The notes under the pieces are model-generated. The model was given only the letters and a program-made list of their open reading frames with translations, searched no databases and was not told the origin of the DNA. A program made the position numbers and the translations under genes. This document shows positions 56,736 to 64,000 of a stretch of DNA of 64,000 nt, piece by piece. The DNA lies in NCBI GenBank assembly GCA_963577065.1, contig CAUYXJ010000002.1, forward strand, positions 257 through 64,256, written 5' to 3'. This DNA comes from Dehalococcoidia bacterium (lineage in GTDB: Bacteria > Chloroflexota > Dehalococcoidia > Tepidiformales > Tepidiformaceae). Position 1 is the first letter of the stretch. Each line of letters begins with the position of its first letter.

Positions 56736-58403
56736 GTGAATAGGGCTCTCAATCCATCCGGCCGAACGGCGACAGCGTTGCTCCTTGCAGCGCCGACACT
56801 GTTCTTGGCGTTGTTCCTGTTCTACCCGCTTCAAGGCATCCTGAGAGAGTCATTCGAGCGCTCCGGCAGCAACCTCGAGGGCCTTCGTCCGCTAATAGAA
56901 AACCGCTATTACCTCGAACGGCTCTGGTTCACAACCTGGCAAGCCGGAGTCTCGACGGTCCTAACCGTGGCCGTCGCCCTCCCCTGCGCCTTTGTACTGT
57001 CCAGATTCACGTTCCCGGGAAAGTCGCTATTGATAGCCATCGCGACGGTCCCTTTCGTCCTGCCAACCATCGTCGTTGCGGCCGCGTTTACAGCACTTCT
57101 TGGCCCAAACGGCCTCATCAACGACAGCCTCGAAAGCATCCTGCACCTCGATGAGCCGCCGATCCAGCTGATGAACACCATCTGGATCGTGCTGGCCGCT
57201 CACGTCTTCTACAACTTCGCACTCGCCACCCGAGTCATCGCCTCCTACTGGGCCAACCTGGACAGCCGTTTCGGTGACGCCGCAGCCACCTTGGGCGCAA
57301 GCCCGCTGCAGACGTTCATGACCGTAACGCTGCCCCTGCTGCGCTCGCCAATTCTTGCCGCGGCATCGATCGTGTTCCTTTTCTCGTTCACCAGCTTCGG
57401 CGTCGTCCTCGTCCTCGGCGGCCCCTCGTTCGATACCCTCGAAGTCGTCATCTACCGGGAGACGGCATTCCTGTTCAACTTGCCCGTCGCCGCCGCCCTC
57501 GCCGTCGTTCAAATCCTGTTCACGTTCGTCGTAACAACCAGTTACACATGGGCGCAGAGCAAATCAGCCCCCGGAGGACTAACAGCACAAGCCGCCCGCC
57601 GCCCTCAGGGGCGCGCATGGATCCTGGTAGCCGGTGTGGCGGTGTTCATGTTGGCGGCAACGCTCGCGCCGATGGCTGCCCTGGCGGAGCGTTCCGTCCA
57701 CGGCGCGGACGGCTACACGCTCGAGTTCTACCGCTCGCTGAATGACAACGTCCGCGGGCAAGTTACCTTCATTGCGCCCGCAACCGCCATCTGGAATTCG
57801 CTGAAGTTCGCCGCCGGCACGTTGGTGGTCTCGGTCCCACTCGGGGTGGTCGCTGCCTACGGCGCCTCCCGCATCGCGCGCGGAAGGGCGGCGGTCGAGG
57901 CCTTCTTCCTCATCCCGCTCGGCGTCTCGGCAATCACCCTGGGCTTGGGCATGCTAGTCACGCTCGACGCGCGGCCACTGAACCTGCGCGGCGAGTCCAT
58001 CATCCTAGTCATCGCGCACAGCCTCGTTGCCTTCCCATTCGTCGCCAGAGCCGTTGCTGCCCGCCTGCGAGGCCTCGACCCACGCCTCCGCCAAGCGGCC
58101 TTGACGCTCGGCGCCCACCCCGTCCGCGTGTTCTTCGAAGTTGAACTTCCGCTGCTCTGGCGCTCAATAATAGTTGGCTCCGTATTCGCGTTCGCCGTCT
58201 CCATGGGCGAATTCGGCGCGACGCTTCTGATCTCCCGCGCGGAGTGGGCCACGATTCCCGTCGCCGTCTTCCGCCTCCTCGGACAGCCGGGCAGCCTGCA
58301 CTTTGGGCAGGCGATGGCGATGTCAACGATCCTCATGCTGGTCACAAGCGCCGGATTCCTCGTCCTTGAGAGGATGCGATTCCGCGACCTGGGGACGTTT
58401 TGA
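56736..58403 (+). CDS. thiP: thiamine/iron-type ABC transporter permease (two fused permease domains)
   Basis: 555 aa with about 12 TM helices and duplicated EAA-loop regions. Confidence 0.8.
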   Translation: MNRALNPSGRTATALLLAAPTLFLALFLFYPLQGILRESFERSGSNLEGLRPLIENRYYLERLWFTTWQAGVSTVLTVAVALPCAFVLSRFTFPGKSLLIAIATVPFVLPTIVVAAAFTALLGPNGLINDSLESILHLDEPPIQLMNTIWIVLAAHVFYNFALATRVIASYWANLDSRFGDAAATLGASPLQTFMTVTLPLLRSPILAAASIVFLFSFTSFGVVLVLGGPSFDTLEVVIYRETAFLFNLPVAAALAVVQILFTFVVTTSYTWAQSKSAPGGLTAQAARRPQGRAWILVAGVAVFMLAATLAPMAALAERSVHGADGYTLEFYRSLNDNVRGQVTFIAPATAIWNSLKFAAGTLVVSVPLGVVAAYGASRIARGRAAVEAFFLIPLGVSAITLGLGMLVTLDARPLNLRGESIILVIAHSLVAFPFVARAVAARLRGLDPRLRQAALTLGAHPVRVFFEVELPLLWRSIIVGSVFAFAVSMGEFGATLLISRAEWATIPVAVFRLLGQPGSLHFGQAMAMSTILMLVTSAGFLVLERMRFRDLGTF

Positions 58404-59242
58404 TGTCTGAAGCGGCACTCTCCCTCCGTGATGTGGGTTTCAGCGTCGACGGCAGCGAGCTGGTGACCGGCATCTCCTTCGACGTCACCCAAGGGGCAAC
58501 TACGGCGATTCTAGGGCCGAGCGGCTGCGGCAAGACGACGCTTCTGCGCCTCATAGCCGGTATTGAGAACCCCGGCGCGAGCACAATCCTACTCAGCGGA
58601 CATGATCTAGCCGGGACGCCCACCCACAAGCGCGGCATCGGGTTGATGTTCCAGGACTTTGCCTTGTTTCCGCACATGGACGTGGCCGGAAACGTCGCGT
58701 TTGGATTACGTCACGCAGGCGTCCCGAAGCGCGAACGAGGCGCCCGCGTCGCCGCGATTCTGGCGCTGGTAGGGCTCGATGGCTACGAGTCGCGCTCCGT
58801 GGAAAATCTCTCCGGCGGGGAGCGGCAACGGGTAGCGCTGGCACGGACACTCGCGCCCAATCCTTCCGTGCTGATGCTGGATGAACCACTCGGGTCGCTG
58901 GACCGAGTCCTCCGCGAACGGCTCCTGGTTGAACTGCGAGAGATCCTCGGCCGACTTGCCGTCCCGACCATTTTCGTGACGCACGATCAAGGCGAAGCCT
59001 TCGCCATCGCCGACCATGTCGTCGTGATGAACGAGGGCAGAATCGTCCTCACCGGCACACCACAAGGGATCTTCGAAGACCCTCGAACCGAGTTCGTAGC
59101 ACGATTCCTCGGCCTGATGGTGCTTGGTGGCAAACACCCGTCGGCAATTGGCCAGCTGAAGACACCGAGCGATCCACGGCGCAGCTGCTCCTGCGTACGG
59201 AGCAAGCCACCATCGTGGCCGCGTCTGGACCGCAAGTCGTGA
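58400..59242 (+). CDS. thiQ: ABC transporter ATP-binding protein; the C-terminal region is frameshifted
   Basis: GPSGCGKTT, LSGGERQRVALAR and LMLDEPLGSLD are intact. After FVARFLG the frame degenerates (about 59165-59180). Confidence 0.8.
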   Translation: MMSEAALSLRDVGFSVDGSELVTGISFDVTQGATTAILGPSGCGKTTLLRLIAGIENPGASTILLSGHDLAGTPTHKRGIGLMFQDFALFPHMDVAGNVAFGLRHAGVPKRERGARVAAILALVGLDGYESRSVENLSGGERQRVALARTLAPNPSVLMLDEPLGSLDRVLRERLLVELREILGRLAVPTIFVTHDQGEAFAIADHVVVMNEGRIVLTGTPQGIFEDPRTEFVARFLGLMVLGGKHPSAIGQLKTPSDPRRSCSCVRSKPPSWPRLDRKS

Positions 59243-59406
59243 CGGGCACTCTGCGCTCCAAGTTCTTCCAGGGCGCCTTGACCCGAATCAACGTCGATAC
59301 GCCGGCCGGAGACATGGAGTTCGAGCTTCACGGCAAGCTCGCTCTTCCGCCCGAGGGCGAGGCAGTGCATCTCCACGTACCCGCTGCCCATGTGCTCGAC
59401 GATTAG
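59215..59406 (+). pseudogene. displaced TOBE-like C-terminal domain of the ABC ATPase (-1 frame)
   Basis: Upstream in frame: AQLLLRTEQATIVAASGPQVVTGTLRSKFFQGALTRINVDTPAGDMEFEL...GEAVHLHV. This is typical of the regulatory C-terminus of FbpC/PotA-type ATPases. Confidence 0.6.
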
Positions 59407-59486
59407 CCGTCCGCTAGACCGAACTACGCACCGCTCGTTACGTCGAACGTTGCGACACCACACGGTTACCGCATCCTGGAGCAACA

Positions 59487-60291
59487 TTGGAATCTGAATT
59501 AGCACTCACGGTTACATACCCCGGAGCACGCCGGCCTGACCGGCACCGGTGGCTCAGCTCCTACGGCCGGACTCTCGCCGTCTGTGAATGGGGCGATGCG
59601 GAAGCCCCTCCCGTACTCCTCGTCCATGGCGGCTCAGACTTTGCAGGAATTCGATGCGTTCGCGCCTTTGTTAGCGGACGCGGGCTGGCGGGTCGTCGCC
59701 TGGGACCATCGCGGTCACGGAGACTCCCAGCACGCAGCGTTGTATTCCTCGCACGCCGACGTCCGAGACGCGCTGTCAGTCCTCGATGCGACGACGCCCG
59801 ACCCCGTTCCGGTGATAGCCCACTCCAAGGGCGGCGGCATGATGCTCCAGCTCGCCACTGCGCTGCCGCGGAGAATGAGCAAGATCGTCGTGATCGACGG
59901 CCTACCCTCCCCAGACCCGCACCCGGATGTGTCCAACCACGAGCGCCGGCAGATGATTGAACGGAGCCTCCTAGGACAACAGTCATTGGGCCGCGGCCCG
60001 AGTGGCGAGAGTCCGGCCGACCTGGAGCTTTCTAATCCCATTGTCGCGTGTTCGGTCGACTTTGGTCGTGGGTTGCCCCCCGGTCAACACCACCGATATA
60101 GTCCTATGGTCTTCCTCGGAGGGTGCCGACCATGGGACTGCCGACGACGACCGTCTGACGGGATTGCCTGCCAGATTCAGAGAGACAAGTCGAAGCGCTA
60201 CCGCCGAGCGGTAGCCTTTGGAGCCTATGGTCGGAGTTCGAATCTTGGCTCGGACGATCCCTTTCCGGGCGCTCGACTCGGCTGTCGGTGA
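59487..60291 (+). pseudogene. alpha/beta hydrolase, frameshifted and C-terminally decayed
   Basis: Frame A: ...EWGDAEAPPVLLVHGGSDFA. It continues in frame B: QEFDAFAPLLADAGWRVVAWDHRGHGDS...VIAHSKGGGMMLQLA. The shift is near 59645 (gcagg). Confidence 0.65.
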
Positions 60292-60531
60292 CCATAGGCG
60301 AGGCCCAATGCCGGGCGCGCCGGGCGCATGTCCCTGTCCAGATCGCTGGGCCGATCCCCTCCCAGGCGCTGCTCCGGCGTTGGAAGGCCATCGTTTCCGG
60401 CTGACTGCGCGCCCACAGGGTCGCAAATGGCTGCCCGTCGCTCCAAGCCAGCCAAATTCAACACGATCATTTCATCGTGTGGACATTGGATGACCACTGG
60501 CGAGCAACACTGACTCTGCCGGGACGATCAC

Positions 60532-61130
60532 TTACGCGGCGCCCGGCGATGCCCCCGCCCGCAATACCTCCGCGAAGGCTTCTAGCGTCCGTCGCGCGAA
60601 GCGGCACATGTTTGCCTCCCGGTCGGACTCGCCCGTCTCCAGCGTCTCGCTGTAGGCGGTTGGCCCATCCACGGCGATGCATGTGTGCCCTGCTGCGTCA
60701 CCGTACGGATTCCCCCTAGGCCCGGCCGCGCCCGTCTCGCCGATCCCCCAGGTTGCGCCGAGCCGCCCCCGAATCGTCGCGGCGATCAGCTGCGCATATG
60801 GCTCGCTGCTTGACCGCACCCCTGGGTGCTCGGCCATGTCGAGGTCGAGGAAGGTGTCCCGCGCGACCCCTGTGTAGGTCACGGCTCCACCACGGTAGTA
60901 CGCCGACGCTCCCGGAACCGCGAGTAGCGCCGCCGAGACCAGGCTGTGGTGTTTCAAAACCCGATCCGCATAAATGCGGACGGGGTTTTCGTGGCCCAGA
61001 GGCGTCCAACTGGGCGGTTGTCGTGTTTCAAGCCCAATCGGGTTGGTGCGGATGGAGTTTTGAAATACCACCGGTCTCAGGGGTGGAATCGGCAGCCGCT
61101 GCAGCGCGACTGCTCAGCTCCGGCTGGGTG
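60532..61130 (-). pseudogene. CinA-C/PncC-like nicotinamide-nucleotide amidohydrolase domain gene interrupted by a MITE-like element
   Basis: Downstream part: LVSAALLAVPGASAYYRGGAVTYT...GHTCIAV. On the other side of the element, in another frame: ...SSRAAAAADSTPETGG, the AES.TGG-equivalent region. Confidence 0.6.
60946..61071. mobile_element. 126-bp MITE-like element with 15-bp terminal inverted repeats
   Basis: gtggtgtttcaaaac (60946-60960) versus gttttgaaataccac (61057-61071). Internal hairpin aaaacccgatccgca-taaa-tgcggacggggtttt. A/T-richer than its surroundings. Confidence 0.7.
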
Positions 61131-61470
61131 GCAACGGGCAATGCGAAGCGGACGTGGCTCCGCGTGCTGTCCCCCGGTGCCTCACCGCGCGGCCAAGCTC
61201 CACCGGCTCACCGTCCGACGTTCTCTCAAGATCGTGACGAGAGGTCGGCCTACCCCGCGGGGATAGGCTCAGTAGGTCGTGGCTGCGCGCGCGGTTCGCC
61301 GACTGTGACCGAGGGCCGCGGGTTCGTGAACGCCGGCGTGGACGGGTCTAGCGAACCGGCGAGCGATCGTGGCGGTCTTCCCTACACGCTGGTTGAGGCC
61401 CGGCGGGCGCGGGACTGAGGCCGGTCCGGCCAGAATTGTCCCGTTCCGTCTGGGTGGCCTTCGGCTCGTA

Positions 61471-61499
61471 TTGACACCTCCGGAACGCGGTCCTAGCGT
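61471..61499 (+). promoter_or_regulatory. candidate sigma-70-type promoter
   Basis: TTGACA (61471-61476), a 17-nt spacer, then TAGCGT (61494-61499). Lies about 140 nt upstream of the LLM oxidoreductase start. Confidence 0.3.
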
Positions 61500-61639
61500 G
61501 AGCACCGAGACGCCTGGAGCCCTTCGGTCCTAGGTGGTTCAGCGAGACTCGAGCCGGGTACGAATCCCGCTGTCCGTGCGAACCTCGGCGTTGATCCCGC
61601 CGAAAACGCTTGATCCCGGCCCACGGTCCTGGAGGACTC

Positions 61640-62902
61640 ATGAAGATCTCGATGTTCCATCTCATGCCCCACCGGGAGCTGCCGGACGACTTCGAGAAGA
61701 AGTACCACTCGGTGTGGGTCGACCCCCCGTTCCACGAGCTGGCCACGCCGGAGCGCGTGGGCGACTACTACAACTGGACGCTCGACGAGCTCAAGCACGC
61801 GGCCGACCTCGGCTTCGACGGCATTTGCGTGAACGAGCACCACCAGAACGCCTACGGCTTCATGCCCGGCCCGAACGTGATGGGCGGAGCGCTGGCGCGC
61901 GCGACGCGAGGCCAGGACGTGGCGCTGGTACAGATGGGCGCGACGCTCCCCACCACGAACCCTCCCATCCGCATCGCCGAGGAGTACGCCATGCTGGACT
62001 GCATCACCGGCGGGCGGCTCGTAGCGGGGATGCCGCTGGGCACGGCGATGGACGCGAACGTGGGCTACGGCATCACCCCCATCGAGCAACGCGAGCGCTA
62101 CTACGAGGCGCACGACCTGATCTTGAAGGCTTGGCAGTCGCGGGAGCCGTTCGCCTTCAACGGCAAGTACACGCAGCTGCCGATGGTCAACCTCTGGCCG
62201 CGGCCCATTCAGGAACCCCACCCCCCCGTGTGGGTGCCGGGGATGGGCAGCCTCAGCACCTGGGAGTTCGCCGCCAAGAACGAGCACTGCTACTGCTTCC
62301 TGAGCTACTTCGGTCACGCTCGGGGCAAGGCCGTGATGGACACCTTCTGGGAGTTCCTGGACGAGCGGGGCGCTGAGCTCAACCCCTACCGCGCCGGCTT
62401 CCTCCAGCTCGTTGCCGTCTCCGAGACGGATGCGCAAGCGGAGAAGGACTACGAGAAGCACATCAAGTATTTCTTCGAGAAGTCCCTGCACATCGCGCCG
62501 GAGTTCACCCCGCCGGGCCACCAGGACTACCGCAGCCTCGAAAACGCCCTCAAACGGCGTATCTCGCCGCAAGACGCGGTCCGGAGGCAGACCGAGGACT
62601 GGACCTATAAGGACTACGTCGAGAATCAGTTCGTGATCTCGGGCGGGCCGGCCACGGTTCGCGATCAGCTCGAGGAGCTGATCAAAAGCCTGCGCGTGGG
62701 CAACCTCATGCTCCTCCTGCAGATCGGTTCGATGCCCCACGAGTTGACCATGAAGAACATCGAGATAACCGCGCGGGACGTACTTCCCTATGTGCGGGAT
62801 CACTGGGACGACGAGTGGGAGAACCGCTGGTGGCCGAAGAAGCTGCGCGGTAAGCGTGAGCTGCCGGCCGGCGACGCCGTCGCGGTAGCGGGCGGCTCAT
62901 AG
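61640..62902 (+). CDS. LLM-class flavin-dependent oxidoreductase
   Basis: ATG 61640 follows GGAGGA. MKISMFHLMP...GFDGICVNEHHQNAYGFMP is typical of the luciferase-like monooxygenase family. Confidence 0.85.
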   Translation: MKISMFHLMPHRELPDDFEKKYHSVWVDPPFHELATPERVGDYYNWTLDELKHAADLGFDGICVNEHHQNAYGFMPGPNVMGGALARATRGQDVALVQMGATLPTTNPPIRIAEEYAMLDCITGGRLVAGMPLGTAMDANVGYGITPIEQRERYYEAHDLILKAWQSREPFAFNGKYTQLPMVNLWPRPIQEPHPPVWVPGMGSLSTWEFAAKNEHCYCFLSYFGHARGKAVMDTFWEFLDERGAELNPYRAGFLQLVAVSETDAQAEKDYEKHIKYFFEKSLHIAPEFTPPGHQDYRSLENALKRRISPQDAVRRQTEDWTYKDYVENQFVISGGPATVRDQLEELIKSLRVGNLMLLLQIGSMPHELTMKNIEITARDVLPYVRDHWDDEWENRWWPKKLRGKRELPAGDAVAVAGGS

Positions 62903-63717
62903 TGCCCGCGGCCGTGAGCGAACGCGAGACGCGCGTGTGGCAGGGAAAGGTCCAGTCGCGTGCCCTCGTGGCCGGCGACGGCCCGCCCCTCGTGTTCTTC
63001 CACGGAGCGACGGGACTGGTCTGGGATCCGTTCCTCGATCGGCTGGCGGAGTCCTTCACCGTCTACGCGCCCGAGCACCCCGGCACGAGCCCGGGGCTGC
63101 CGGATGCGATCAAGCCGATCGACAACCTCTGGGATCTTGTCCTTTCCTACTACGAGGTCCTCGACGAGCTCGGGCTCGAGAGCCCGGCTGTCGTCGGGCA
63201 CTCGTTCGGGGGAATGGTCGCGGCCGAGGTGGCCGCCTCGAATCCTGCACGCGTCAGCCAGCTCGTCCTCATCGATCCCGTCGGTCTCTGGATTGACGAG
63301 ACGCCGGTGAAGAACTGGATGATCACCTCTCCCCAGGCGCTGGGCCCGCTGCTCTGGGCCGACCCGGAAGGGCCGGCCGCGCAGCTGATGGCCGCGCCGC
63401 CCGCCGACGAAGAGACCGCGATCCAGGCGGCGCTACGGACGACCTGGTCGCTGGCGTGCACCGGCAAGTTCGTCTGGCCCATCCCCGACAAGGGCCTCAA
63501 GAAGCGCCTCCACCGCATCAAGGCCCCAACTCTGCTCGTTTGGGGCGAGCAGGACGGCCTCGTGCCCCCCGTTTATGCTGGGCTGTTCTCGGAGGCGCTG
63601 GCGGACGCGCATGTGGAGATGATCGCTGGAGCGGGACATATCCCCCAGGCCGAGCAGCTCGACCGCACGACTGAGGTTGTCACCGCCTTCCTGAACGAGC
63701 GGGCTGGCACTGTGTGA
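62902..63717 (+). CDS. alpha/beta hydrolase
   Basis: PPLVFFHGATG ... nucleophile elbow GHSFGGMVA ... GAGHIPQAEQ. Confidence 0.85.
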   Translation: MPAAVSERETRVWQGKVQSRALVAGDGPPLVFFHGATGLVWDPFLDRLAESFTVYAPEHPGTSPGLPDAIKPIDNLWDLVLSYYEVLDELGLESPAVVGHSFGGMVAAEVAASNPARVSQLVLIDPVGLWIDETPVKNWMITSPQALGPLLWADPEGPAAQLMAAPPADEETAIQAALRTTWSLACTGKFVWPIPDKGLKKRLHRIKAPTLLVWGEQDGLVPPVYAGLFSEALADAHVEMIAGAGHIPQAEQLDRTTEVVTAFLNERAGTV

Positions 63718-64000
63718 CCGTTTACATCATCCGCCGGCTGCTGCTCATCCCGGTAACCCTGTTCATCCTCTCGTTCGGCACCGCAATGATCATGCGGGCA
63801 ACGCCCGGCGACGTCGTCGACGCCCGCCTACAGGACGGCTACACGCCCGAGCGTGCGGACGCGCTGCGCGAGCAGCTGGGGCTGAACAAGCCCGCGCTCC
63901 AGGCGTGGTGGGACTGGACGTGGAACTTGGCGCAGGGGGATTTCGGCAATTCGTTCGTGACCGACATCCCCATCTCTGAGGAGCTCAAGCGGAGGTTTCC
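63714..64000 (+). CDS. ABC transporter permease, Dpp/Opp family (3' end outside window)
   Basis: GTG 63714 overlaps the upstream stop. VYIIRRLLLIPVTLFILSFGTAMIMRATPGD...LGLNKP is the typical DppB/OppB N-terminus. Confidence 0.75.
   Translation, partial: MTVYIIRRLLLIPVTLFILSFGTAMIMRATPGDVVDARLQDGYTPERADALREQLGLNKPALQAWWDWTWNLAQGDFGNSFVTDIPISEELKRRF

Noticed and set aside
61500-61639. ~140-nt leader of the LLM oxidoreductase as a possible riboswitch
   Set aside because: No recognisable riboswitch core, and only generic GC-rich pairing. The promoter call itself is weak.

Overview
High-GC bacterial chromosomal window. Gene content and order look like a Chloroflexota/Thermomicrobia-like or other high-GC lineage, but I cannot confirm the taxon without a search. 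Most of the window is housekeeping. It holds an acyl-CoA cluster (ccr, acyl-CoA dehydrogenase, MaoC hydratase); a nine-gene nuo operon (nuoA-C-D-H-J-K-L-M-N) lacking every Fe-S subunit; ybeY-dnaX-ybaB-recR-recO; rsmI-metG-tatD plus a polyprenyl synthase; prmC-prfA; and divergent hisS and relA. It also holds a TPP-riboswitch-controlled thiBPQ transporter.

The main accessory region is about 11 kb (roughly 44.05-55.48 kb) between relA and the thi riboswitch. It starts at a truncated comM/yifB remnant. It carries a 1056-aa zinc-finger/Toprim-like/P-loop primase-helicase translationally coupled to a Mu Com-like zinc ribbon. It also carries a decayed second copy of the relA 3' end with a stand-alone ACT-domain gene, a ParB-domain DNA methyltransferase, a DUF2924-like gene and several unknowns. 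I recognise no integrase. A second, smaller insertion is a lone, visibly A/T-richer DGQHR/DndB-like (ParB-fold) gene that splits the acyl-CoA cluster.

Other notable points:
- nuoL is readable only through a -1 shift located exactly on an A_AAA_AAG heptamer.
- relA has clear N-terminal homology upstream of any canonical start codon.
- A META lipoprotein is broken by an in-frame TAG.
- thiQ and an alpha/beta hydrolase are frameshifted.
- A 126-bp MITE-like element sits inside a pncC/cinA-like gene, with a related terminal repeat inside the island.
- Several short intergenic tandem-repeat arrays occur (7, 14 and 21 bp units).

Many long ORFs in the track are antisense or off-frame shadows typical of high-GC DNA and were not called.
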